Shown: one piece after another, positions 20,560 through 29,601 of the stretch
Numbering within the stretch: the first letter of the stretch is position 1
Layout: every line of letters begins with the position of its first letter
Source: Candidatus Binatia bacterium
Lineage (GTDB): Bacteria; Desulfobacterota; Binatia; Bin18
Reading direction: 5' to 3'
Assembly: GCA_963664395.2 (NCBI GenBank)
Contig: OY761159.2
Coordinates: 2,368,001-2,432,000, forward strand
DNA length: 64,000 nucleotides
Made by a program: the position numbers and the translations under genes
Notes under the pieces: generated by a model
The model's database searches: none
Seen by the model: only the letters and a program-made list of their open reading frames with translations
What the model was told of the DNA's origin: nothing

Positions 20560-21366
20560 CTAGTTCGCCTCGGTTGATGCCATTGCTCCCAGGTTTTCAA
20601 AAATGCGCGGCACGGTCTTAAACAGCAGCGCAAACCCGGCAAAAAAGAAATATGTCGCCCAGGCAAACGGAAAATGGTAGGGCTGCACAAACAGTTCTTC
20701 GGTAATCCAGCTTGAGTGTCCCAGCTCATTAAACGCCACATTGGCGAACAGGAACCAGCCGCCGGCCGGAAACAGCAGATAGCAGATAGGGATGCCTTTG
20801 CCCCCTTCACCGACATACAGATGGTGTAAACGGTTATAGGCGTACCAGGAGCTGACGCCGGTCATGATGAGCAACATGGGAAAGGTATAGAAGAAGAGGG
20901 GAATGTGGCTGGGCGTAAAGGCCGTATCGCGCACCACGATTTGATGCCACGAGGCGTCTTGCTCGGCAAAATAGCTGACCCCAAAGCCGAACATGGCTGC
21001 CACCGCAACCGTGGCCCACAGCTTGCCGATGTGATTCAGCTCGTGCTCGGGGTCGATGCGCCCCAGTTCTTTTTTCTGAACGGCGCAGAGCGAACAGGGT
21101 TTGCGATAGGACGTAAAGCCGATGATGGCGGTAGCTATGAGGACTGCCCATTCGACATACAAGAGGCCCAGCCAATACGTCGCAAATTCGGGTGTCGTCG
21201 CATCCAGACCAACCGGGAACCACCATTTGCCCTGCCACAGTCTGATGAGAACCAACGACAGCAGCCCCAGGCCGGCGCCGATGAGCAGAAAACGCATGAA
21301 CGGCATCTCGCCGTGTGCGGGCTGCACCGCTCGCACTTCGGCCGTTTCGACCACTGGGCTTTCCAT
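20560..21366 (-). CDS. pmoC: copper membrane monooxygenase subunit C (PmoC/AmoC family)
   Basis: EQDASWHQ..VRDTAFTPSH (CuC D/H/H) and NELGH...EELF..PYH (CuD N/H/H). Confidence 0.95.
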   Translation of the reverse strand: MESPVVETAEVRAVQPAHGEMPFMRFLLIGAGLGLLSLVLIRLWQGKWWFPVGLDATTPEFATYWLGLLYVEWAVLIATAIIGFTSYRKPCSLCAVQKKELGRIDPEHELNHIGKLWATVAVAAMFGFGVSYFAEQDASWHQIVVRDTAFTPSHIPLFFYTFPMLLIMTGVSSWYAYNRLHHLYVGEGGKGIPICYLLFPAGGWFLFANVAFNELGHSSWITEELFVQPYHFPFAWATYFFFAGFALLFKTVPRIFENLGAMASTEAN

Positions 21367-21555
21367 TGTTGCTACCTATGTGGCTGCCATCGGAGGTCCC
21401 TCCCTGTAAGTTGCCGCTCAGCCCCAAGGCTCCTGTACATGATCCCTGTATCGGACGACCCCGGAGCGATAATAATGCTATGTATGGAATATCAACCCTG
21501 TACCACATATTCTCCAAAATGTGCAAACGCTGAAACGCCAGATTGAGAAAAGAAA

Positions 21556-21942
21556 ATGGCAAGCAAAGGCCGGCCTTTTCGGACCGTCTCTTTTGAGGGT
21601 TTTGAGATTCTGGTGGGGAAAGGGGATGTGCAGAACGACCGGCTGACCTTCGACATTGCAGAGCCTGAAGACTTTTGGCTGCATGTGGTCAACGTCCCCG
21701 GCAGCCATGTTGTGGTACGCAATCCCGACCAACTCGCCGAACTGCCGCCCGACGTATTGCAGCACGCGGCCCGGCTTGCGGCCTGGCATTCCAAGGCGCG
21801 CGGCAGCCGGGGCAAAGTGGAAGTCCATATCTGCCGAGCCGCGGACGTATCCCAGCCGTCCGATTTTCCGCCCGGCAAGGTGCTGTTGCGCCGCTGGCAG
21901 AGTCTCAGAGTCTATTCGCTTGAGCCTCCCGACGAGTCGTAA
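21556..21942 (+). CDS. NFACT-R RNA-binding domain protein (DUF814-like)
   Basis: ILVGK...NDRLT, DFWLHV..PGSHVV and AARLAAWHSKAR motifs. Confidence 0.85.
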   Translation: MASKGRPFRTVSFEGFEILVGKGDVQNDRLTFDIAEPEDFWLHVVNVPGSHVVVRNPDQLAELPPDVLQHAARLAAWHSKARGSRGKVEVHICRAADVSQPSDFPPGKVLLRRWQSLRVYSLEPPDES

Positions 21943-22054
21943 TGGTTGTTCAACTCTACCTCGAAGGCGTCCCCTGCCCGCCAGGTGAAACATATTCGTC
22001 AGCCGCGCGATACACGAATGCTATACTGTCCGGCGCGGTCGCCCCTGGAGAAGT

Positions 22055-22186
22055 TTACCCCTGCGGGACACGAACACTCATGGCCTCGTCGACCGCAGCT
22101 ACGACGGCTTCGGCCAGGGGTTCGTCGGCCCCGGCCTCCCTGAGCGCCTTGACGGCTTTGTTGGTGTCGAATGCGAGCGCAGGCAT
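22055..22186 (-). pseudogene. 43-aa fragment resembling the N-terminus of DUF1640/CCDC90-like coiled-coil proteins
   Basis: Manual translation MPALAFDTNKAVKALREAGADEPLAEAVVAAV...; below the ORF-track cutoff. Confidence 0.5.
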
Positions 22187-22319
22187 GTGCTTCCTGTTAC
22201 TTCAAGCGGTCCACCCCGCCAATGGTGAGTGTCTACCCCCGTACCAATCATTTCGGAAATGAACTTGTCGGCTGACGCTCGGCTTAACCGTCATTCGGGA
22301 CTACAGAGATCGGCACCTC

Positions 22320-23909
22320 TCATTCTCCCAGGAAATGTTGGATGAGTGTCCAGGCTGCTTCCTCCAGAGCGTCGACTCCGTTAGAGTTCGTGGTGAGGAG
22401 TACCGCAAAGTCCTTGTTTGGGGCAACATACACACGAGCGTGCGAATAATGAGGGTACCACCCCCCCACATGGTGTAGTAATGGTCCGTCCGCCCAGCTT
22501 CGCTCCGCCCCAAACCATCCCAGGGCGTAATTGGCTCCCAAATAGATACTCAGGTCACGGTTAAAGTTTTCTGATGCCCCGGGTTCGTCCTCCACGGGGG
22601 TATGCAGTTTTCGGAATGTCTCGGGTTTGAGAAAATGACTTTCTCCTCGGGCGCCGGCGAGATGCAGGGCAACAAATTTCCCCCAATCCTCAATCGAACT
22701 GTGAACGAGCGCAGCCGGTCCAACTGGAGACCTAATTTGCTCAATAGCAACAGTGCTTGGTTCAACCGGCGTACGCCCAATATGCCCGTGAGGTTGGGAG
22801 TTTGTCTCGAGGTTTTCTGGCGGGCCAAAGTCTGCCGACGCCATCCCAAGCGGGACAAAGAGCCGTTCGGCCATGAGTTCTTCCCACGACTTGCCAGTGG
22901 CGGCCTCGGCTATCGCTCCGGCGATAACATAGCCGGCGACCTCTGAATATTCCCAGCGTGACCCTGGCGGGACTTCTGGGGCTTGTTGTAGCACCAACTC
23001 AACCATCTGAAGGCGTTGCTCAATTATCGTCCCAGTCAGAGGATGCTCAGGATCGATCAGATCCTCAGCCGGCAACCGAGGCAGGCTGGAGCGATGGGCG
23101 AGCAACTGCTCAACGGTCACGGCCTGCCACGCAGCATCAATTGTACCGAGCAGGTCGGGGAATGCTTCGCCGATAGTCGTCTGCCAGGAGAGGACTCCCT
23201 CTTCCACAAGCAGGGCAATCAGCGTGGCGGTCATGGCTTTGCTACATGAAAAAAGCCGCCAGCGGTCCTGCACCGTCACCCGCTCGGGGGAGCCGACACG
23301 TCGCACCCCAACAGCGCCCAGACCAATCAGTTCCCCAGCGTGGACAATGCCGCCCGCCAGGGCTGGAAGCTCGTACTTCTGACGAATCGGCTCAAGCAAG
23401 TCATTCAGGTTCTCTGGCCCAACCCCCTCCCTGGTCATCTCCAACTCCAGATGTTGGGTACTCTGATTCCACGCAAACGTTGAGGTCTCGCCTGTTGCGG
23501 GGAAATCCGGGACACTAACCTGTGCGCTCGCCCCTCTCACGAACGGCTCCCCCAGGGTCACCACTGTAAACGTACTCCGGGCAAACTCTACGCCATTATC
23601 GTAGGCCACCGCGGTGTGTTCGCCATCGTCCAGATTCCCCCAATTCCAGATGGCCACAAAGCCGACATCTGCGTCGCCACAGGCACCTGCATCAAGGACA
23701 TCAGTCCGCTCGTTGCCATATAGCAAGGGAATCGGGTCCCCACCGTAAAAACGGATCGTGAGATCTCCGTTGGCCTTACACTTCCAGCCTGAGATGACTC
23801 CGATACCTGAGTAGTTTAAGCCGTCGCCAGGATTCTCTAGCGTTGCAGTATGGGCCAGAGACGGAGCCAAGAGAGCGAAGACAATACAGATGCGGATCAG
23901 GGAATACAT
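22320..23909 (-). CDS. secreted serine hydrolase (beta-lactamase/AmpC-like fold) with an uncharacterised N-terminal domain
   Basis: Signal peptide; SCSK (SxxK), LLAHRS, WEYS and YALGW motifs; about 140 extra N-terminal residues. Confidence 0.85.
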   Translation of the reverse strand: MYSLIRICIVFALLAPSLAHTATLENPGDGLNYSGIGVISGWKCKANGDLTIRFYGGDPIPLLYGNERTDVLDAGACGDADVGFVAIWNWGNLDDGEHTAVAYDNGVEFARSTFTVVTLGEPFVRGASAQVSVPDFPATGETSTFAWNQSTQHLELEMTREGVGPENLNDLLEPIRQKYELPALAGGIVHAGELIGLGAVGVRRVGSPERVTVQDRWRLFSCSKAMTATLIALLVEEGVLSWQTTIGEAFPDLLGTIDAAWQAVTVEQLLAHRSSLPRLPAEDLIDPEHPLTGTIIEQRLQMVELVLQQAPEVPPGSRWEYSEVAGYVIAGAIAEAATGKSWEELMAERLFVPLGMASADFGPPENLETNSQPHGHIGRTPVEPSTVAIEQIRSPVGPAALVHSSIEDWGKFVALHLAGARGESHFLKPETFRKLHTPVEDEPGASENFNRDLSIYLGANYALGWFGAERSWADGPLLHHVGGWYPHYSHARVYVAPNKDFAVLLTTNSNGVDALEEAAWTLIQHFLGE

Positions 23910-24006
23910 AAAGACTTCCTCGTAGTACTGATAGAGAAACGGCTTACTCTACCCAAAGATATAAGCTCACTATTTATACGGGGTTATTCGGATCATTCCA
24001 GCCTTG

Positions 24007-24026
24007 TACCTTTGTACATAAAGGTA
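24007..24026. promoter_or_regulatory. putative operator overlapping the XRE start codon
   Basis: TACCTTT-N6-AAAGGTA inverted repeat; no RBS before ATG 24026 (possibly leaderless). Confidence 0.45.
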
Positions 24027-24343
24027 TGGACAGAAAAATTCAGGTCGGACGGCGGGTCAGAAATCTGCGTAAACTCCGCAAACTCTCTCAGGAAGCGCTG
24101 GCTGATAGAGTGTCAACGAGCGCCAAATATCTCAGCCGGATCGAGATAGGAAACGAGAACCCTACCATAGACCTGCTGTTTCGGCTGGCGGATGGCTTGA
24201 GTGTCGAACCCTACGAAATGTTGTGTTTTGAAGAAGGTGAGCCGGTACGCCAATTACGGACAAGAGCGGCGAAGCTCATAGACGAAGTTCCAGACAAGGA
24301 CATCGCGCGGGTTGTCGGACTGCTCGAAGCCGTACTGCACTAA
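24026..24343 (+). CDS. XRE-family HTH transcriptional regulator
   Basis: LRKLRKLSQEALA...YLSRIEIG..NPT motif. Confidence 0.9.
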   Translation: MDRKIQVGRRVRNLRKLRKLSQEALADRVSTSAKYLSRIEIGNENPTIDLLFRLADGLSVEPYEMLCFEEGEPVRQLRTRAAKLIDEVPDKDIARVVGLLEAVLH

Positions 24344-24408
24344 GAGCGGAATCCGAAGCTCTGAAAAATCTAGCCCATTTTACGATAGGCTCTCGCCACG
24401 CAGGGGGC

Positions 24409-24486
24409 CCCGTCATGCCGGACGTGATCCGGCATCCAGAGGGCAGGGGGCCGAGAGCCTGGATTCCGGCCTGCGCCGGAATGACG
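24409..24486. repeat. REP-like double-hairpin element (same family as 331-405, opposite orientation)
   Basis: cgtcatgccggacgtgatccggcatcca...tggattccggcctgcgccggaatgacg. Confidence 0.8.
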
Positions 24487-24541
24487 TTGCTGGTGGATAC
24501 ACAGCATCGTAAAGTGCCCTAGCCGTATAGATTACCCCCGT

Positions 24542-27500
24542 TCAATCCCCGAAGGCTTCCTCTTCTTTTATTGGGGCTGGGACCGGAGGCGATTCTTGCG
24601 CCGGCTTACGGCGAAAAATTCGGCGTGGCAGGTTTCTCAGGGCCGGCATCGTGCGCCCTAGCCACGATTCGAGATCATCGAACAACGAATAGGCGACCGG
24701 GGTCACCAGCAAGGTGATCAATAGGCATAAACTCTGTCCGCCAATCACAACGACCGCAATGCCACGATGACTTTCCGCGGCCGGGCCCTGGCCGACCAGA
24801 ATCGGAATCATGCCGGCCACGAGGGCTAAGGTCGTCATCAGAATCGGGCGCAGGCGTTCTTTGTTGGCCCGTAGAATGGCCTCGTCGCGCGGCAGACCTT
24901 CGGCCCGCAAATTGATCGTATGGTCAATTTGCAGGATCGAATTTTTCTTCACAATCCCGAATAACAAGAGCATACCCAGAATCGCGAACAAACCTAAGTG
25001 CTGGCCGGCGATATACAGCGCCAGCAAGGCAAAGGGCACGGCCAGCGGCAAGGACAGCATGATCGTAATGGGGTGGAGAAAACTTTCAAACTGCGCGGCC
25101 AGGACCATATACATGCCGATGAGAGACAACAGAAAAGCAAACTGAAAGCTTTCCATCATCTCTTCAAACATCTTGCCCATGCCGGTCACCCCGGTGGTAT
25201 AGCCCAGCGGTAGGCCCATTTTCTCGACCTCGGCATCAATGTCTGCAATCGCGTCACCGAGCGCCTTGTCTTTGGCCAGGTTGCCGGTAACCGTAATCTG
25301 GCGCTGTCGGTCCTGGCGGTCAATTTGCACCGGACCAGTGCCTGGAATCAGATCGACAACATTACTTAATATGACCTGCCCAACAGACACCGACGGGATC
25401 GCGACCTGTTGAATCACCTCTGGTCGATTCCGACTCTCAGGCGTCAGGCGCAGGCGCACATCGTATAATTCATCGCCTTCGCGATAGGTCGTAATTTTCT
25501 CACCCGCGATCATAATACGCAGGGTCGAAGCAATATCCGCCGCCTCAATGCCGAGATCGGAAGATTTCTGTCGGTTCAGATGGACTTGGAGTTCGGGGCT
25601 CCCACCCTCGAACGTCGAGTCCACATCTCGCAGACCCGGCATGCGCTGTACGCGGGTTTTCAAATCTTCGGAATATCGTTGCAGCGTCAGCAGGTCCGGG
25701 CCGCGCAAGTTGTAAGAGACATCGACATTCTGGATCCCTCCACCACTGACCGGCAGTATCTGGTCTACACTAATGCGGAGGTTGGGAAAGCCTTGTATCT
25801 TCTCACGGGCCAAATCCATGATCTGACTCTGGTGGAGGGTCCGTTCCGAGTAATGCACGAGGGTGACGACAATTTTTGACTTGGTGACCGATTCGCCTAC
25901 GGTTGAACCAATCTCGGTCAGCAGATGGTTCACACCCGGAAGGGGATGAATTTCTTCCTCAATCTGGCGTGTCACGGCTTCAGTTTGGGCCAACGAATAG
26001 CCGGGCGGTGTCTTGATATTGATTTCAAACTCCCCCCGGTCGTCGCTGGCCATCAGGCTGGGGCGGACAAGACCTGCAATAAAAGGGGTAGAAGCAAACA
26101 CGCCCAGGGTGAGGCACACAATCACCCAGCGGTGGCGCATCGACCACTTCAGCATGGCCATATACGAACGATCAATGAGCCGGTAGAAGCGTGACTCGCG
26201 TGAGGAATGGGCCTGACCGGCAGCGTGCCCGTCAAGGTGTTTGGGCAGAAAGCGTGAGCACAGCATGGGCGTGAGGGTAAAGGCGACCAGCAGCGAGACC
26301 ATGATAGAGAACGCCATGGTAAACCCAAAGCTGCTCAGCCACATGCCGATGATCCCCTTGAGAAAGCCCACCGGAATGAAGATGACAACCAGAGACAAGG
26401 TTGTGGCGCTGACGGCCAAGCCGACCTCGGCCGTAGCGGCGCGCGCGGCTTCAAAGGCGTTCATGCCCTTTTCTTCGATATAGCGATAAATATTTTCCAG
26501 TACGACAATCGCGTCATCAATGACAATGCCCACGGCCAAAGTGAGCGCCAGCAGGGTGACACGATTGAGGGAATATCCGGCCGCGGCCAGCAGGGTGTAG
26601 GTCGAGATGATGGAAACCGGAATAGCGATGGCGGCAATGAGGGTTGAGCGCAGATTGCCGAGAAAGAAATACACAATAATGCTGGCAAACAGCGAGCCCA
26701 GGATGAGGTGCTGCTCGACCTCGTGCACCGAAGCTTTGACAAAATCCGACTGATCGCGCGTCACCAACGCTTCGACACCCGGCGGCAGGAGTTGCTGAAC
26801 ATCAACCAGGCGCTCCTTGACCGCTTCGACCGCGGCTACCGTGTTCGACCCGGACTGTTTGCGAATGATAAGAGACACGGCGTTCTTGCCGTCGTAGCGG
26901 GACAATGAGCGGGGCTCTTCAACGCCGTCTTCGACGCGGCCAATATCGGCCAGGGTGATAGGCACGCCGTCATTGGTGGCGACCACGATATCTTCGAACT
27001 CGCGGACCGATTTGACCCGTCCGAGCGTCCGCAGGATGGTCTCGCCGCTCTCTTGGGTGATGCGGCCGCCCGGAAATTCGACATTCTGCTTGGCCAGGGC
27101 CTCGGCGACGGTCCGGATTGCCAGCCCGTAGGCCTTGAGACGGTCGGGATCAACCAGGATATGAATTTCCCGTTTCCGCCCGCCTATTACATCGATGGCG
27201 CCGACTCCGGTCACCGACTCCAGCGGCTCTTTGACCTGATTCTCTGCGATTTCGGTCAGTTCTTTCAGACCGCGAAAGCCTGAGACGGTAATGGTGGCAA
27301 TAGGCGTGGCATCAATGTCGAACTTCTCGACAATCGGCGGGTCGGCATCTTCGGGCAGGTCGGCCAGGACCGTGCCCACCTTGTCGCGAACTTCCTGAGC
27401 GGCAATGCCGAGGTCTTTCTCCAGGACGAACTGCACAATAACTTGGGATAACCCCTCACGGGTGACTGACCGCAGCTCATCAATCCCGCTGACCGTGTTG

Positions 27501-27712
27501 ATGGCTTCCTCAATGACCTTGGTCACCTGGGCTTCAATCTCCTCCGGGCCGGCACCGGGCAGGGTGGTTGTCACCGTCACCACCGGCATTTCGACCTTGG
27601 GCATCAATTCCAGGGTGAGACTCTTGTAGGAAAACCAGCCTGCCACCACGAGCACTCCAATAAGCATGGTGGCAAAGACGGGCCGGCGAACACAGACATC
27701 GGCAAGAATCAT
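24542..27712 (-). CDS. RND efflux permease (AcrB/AcrD/AcrF family)
   Basis: RRPVFA, GIVIDDAIVVLENI, GIVKKNSIL and RLRPILMT motifs; 1056 aa. Confidence 0.95.
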   Translation of the reverse strand: MILADVCVRRPVFATMLIGVLVVAGWFSYKSLTLELMPKVEMPVVTVTTTLPGAGPEEIEAQVTKVIEEAINTVSGIDELRSVTREGLSQVIVQFVLEKDLGIAAQEVRDKVGTVLADLPEDADPPIVEKFDIDATPIATITVSGFRGLKELTEIAENQVKEPLESVTGVGAIDVIGGRKREIHILVDPDRLKAYGLAIRTVAEALAKQNVEFPGGRITQESGETILRTLGRVKSVREFEDIVVATNDGVPITLADIGRVEDGVEEPRSLSRYDGKNAVSLIIRKQSGSNTVAAVEAVKERLVDVQQLLPPGVEALVTRDQSDFVKASVHEVEQHLILGSLFASIIVYFFLGNLRSTLIAAIAIPVSIISTYTLLAAAGYSLNRVTLLALTLAVGIVIDDAIVVLENIYRYIEEKGMNAFEAARAATAEVGLAVSATTLSLVVIFIPVGFLKGIIGMWLSSFGFTMAFSIMVSLLVAFTLTPMLCSRFLPKHLDGHAAGQAHSSRESRFYRLIDRSYMAMLKWSMRHRWVIVCLTLGVFASTPFIAGLVRPSLMASDDRGEFEINIKTPPGYSLAQTEAVTRQIEEEIHPLPGVNHLLTEIGSTVGESVTKSKIVVTLVHYSERTLHQSQIMDLAREKIQGFPNLRISVDQILPVSGGGIQNVDVSYNLRGPDLLTLQRYSEDLKTRVQRMPGLRDVDSTFEGGSPELQVHLNRQKSSDLGIEAADIASTLRIMIAGEKITTYREGDELYDVRLRLTPESRNRPEVIQQVAIPSVSVGQVILSNVVDLIPGTGPVQIDRQDRQRQITVTGNLAKDKALGDAIADIDAEVEKMGLPLGYTTGVTGMGKMFEEMMESFQFAFLLSLIGMYMVLAAQFESFLHPITIMLSLPLAVPFALLALYIAGQHLGLFAILGMLLLFGIVKKNSILQIDHTINLRAEGLPRDEAILRANKERLRPILMTTLALVAGMIPILVGQGPAAESHRGIAVVVIGGQSLCLLITLLVTPVAYSLFDDLESWLGRTMPALRNLPRRIFRRKPAQESPPVPAPIKEEEAFGD

Positions 27713-27728
27713 ACGCTCTCCACAGGGC

Positions 27729-28855
27729 TCACTGGGCTTGAACGGTCGTATTCTCTTGAGCCTGAACGGCCTGAGCTTGCACGGTCATCCCATCAGCCAA
27801 ACGATTGAGGGCGCTGACAGCTACCGTTTCTCCGTCAGAGAGCCCTGTGGCAATTTCTATCCACTCCCCGTCCTCCATGCCCGAGGTGACACTTCGCGTG
27901 AGGTCACGACGTTATCCTGGACAATAAACACGCGCTCAACACCGGCAAAGCGCGTCAGGCCGGTTCGTGGAATGAAGAGGGCGTCTTCTTCTCCGAGCAC
28001 GCCGGTAATACGCGCAAAATATCCAGGGCGGAGTTTTCCATCCGGATTTGGGATCTCGGCTTCAATCAGGAGTGAACGTGTCTTGTGGTTCACCCGGGCG
28101 GCCATGCGGGTGAGGATCCCTTCAAAAACTTGTCCGGGCAGGGCTTCGACTTCAACCCGCAGCGACATGCCAGTCTCGGCCACCGCCGCAAATCGTTCCG
28201 GAACAGGGGAACGCAGCTTGAGGGGATGAACCACGACTAATTCAAGCAGGGGTGAGGCATCCTGCTTGTATTCGCCGGGATTCACAAAACGTTCCTGGAT
28301 AAAACCGTTGACTGGCGAAACAATACGGGTATCGCGCAGGCGTTTCCGAGCCAACGCAAGAATTTTTTCTGCGGTCCGTACTTTTGCCTCCGCTACTGCA
28401 TAGTCAGCTTCACTGATATCCAGCCGTTGCTCGGGAATCAGTTTTTCCGCGGCTAACTCCTTTACGCGTGCATGTTCAGCTCGTGCGCGGATGAAATTCG
28501 CTTCCGCTTGTTTGAGCGCACTTTCCTGCACTTCGACCTGCAGGGCAAGTTCTTCTCCCTCCATCTCCGCGAGCAGTTGTCCCTCTTCGACCTTGTCACC
28601 AAAGTCAACGTGGACCCGCTGGACATAGCCTTCCTTCTTATTTGACAGAATGACGCTCTCCTTGGCGAACAGCGCTCCCTGTCCCTGTCCGGTGCGCTGG
28701 ACGGTGCGCATGACGGGCTGAGTCACCTGTACGGTCAAGGCCGGTGGCAGGGCGGCGTCTTCCGGGGTTTTGGCCTCCGAGCCGGATGATTGACAGCCGG
28801 GCAAGAGACTCAGCAGAAGAAACGCCTGTCCGAGCATGAACACACACTGCTTCAC
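27729..28855 (-). CDS. RND periplasmic adaptor (MFP), lipoprotein; frameshift near 27890
   Basis: Lipobox LPGC; LRPGYFA; C-terminus continues in another frame (VTSGMEDGEWIEIATGLSDGETVAV...) to TGA 27729-27731. Confidence 0.85.
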
Positions 28856-29496
28856 GATACTGGCTCCTTATGGTTCTGATTCAGCACCCCGTTGAAAAAC
28901 AGATCGAGCAAAATACTGGCGTCCTCGGCGACCGGTCGCGCCGTCAGCCCCAACGTCCGTTGCTGAAAGCAGCCTCGAATCGCCTCGTTGAGGGCAAAGG
29001 CTGAGGCTTCGACATTATGGGGCCGAAAGACGCCCACACGGACGCCGTCCTGGATGATTTCTTCAATAAAATGGATATGGACAAGATACAGGTCGAGCAT
29101 ATGCGCCGCTTCCGGATGATTGGGTGAAGCGGCCAGAAAGTTCCGCTCCAGCAGCAGGGTCTTGAAGAAATCGCGATACGTATCGCTCAGTTCAAGGCTG
29201 GCCTCAATCAGACGTTGGAGCTTTTCAATCGGAGTCAGCGCCTCAGCGACTTGAGCGCGTAATTGACTGGTGAAATTCTGTATTCCCTGCTCCACAGCAG
29301 CGGTGAAGAGCCCATCTTTGTTCTGAAAATACAGATAGATGGTCCCCTTAGCGATATCAGCTTCCTCCGCAACGCGTTCAACCGTGGCCCCCTGAAACCC
29401 GTATAGGGCCACGACCCGGCACGCGGCATCCAAAATTTCACGGACTCGGAACTCGCGGAGTACATTCTCTTTTCTTGTGGCTGAACTTTTAGTCAT
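28852..29496 (-). CDS. TetR/AcrR-family regulator
   Basis: ILDAA...GATVERVAEEADIAKGTIYLYF HTH. Confidence 0.93.
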   Translation of the reverse strand: MTKSSATRKENVLREFRVREILDAACRVVALYGFQGATVERVAEEADIAKGTIYLYFQNKDGLFTAAVEQGIQNFTSQLRAQVAEALTPIEKLQRLIEASLELSDTYRDFFKTLLLERNFLAASPNHPEAAHMLDLYLVHIHFIEEIIQDGVRVGVFRPHNVEASAFALNEAIRGCFQQRTLGLTARPVAEDASILLDLFFNGVLNQNHKEPVS

Positions 29497-29516
29497 ATGA
29501 CTGACTATACAGTCAT
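29497..29516. promoter_or_regulatory. putative TetR operator
   Basis: ATGACTG-N6-CAGTCAT perfect inverted repeat abutting the tetR start; a second small palindrome CGAACGGTTCG at 29536-29546. Confidence 0.6.
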
Positions 29517-29601
29517 TCTGCATGCAGTACAATACCGAACGGTTCGTGCTGCGTCTGTCTCTATAAAGAGGTGAGTGTATGAGGGCGAATCGGCCTATGG
29601 T

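Noticed and set aside
18400-21366. Calling the organism a methanotroph or ammonia oxidiser
   Set aside because: CuMMO substrate cannot be read from motifs, and no MDH or HAO gene is in the window; pmo symbols are used for family only.
21376-21378. Pyrrolysine readthrough of the TAG in xmoC
   Set aside because: It lies in a non-catalytic N-terminal tail, no pyl genes are visible, and error or restart is simpler.
22320-23909. Antibiotic-resistance beta-lactamase
   Set aside because: The SxxK fold is shared by many esterases and peptidases, and the class C YxN and KTG motifs are not canonical here.
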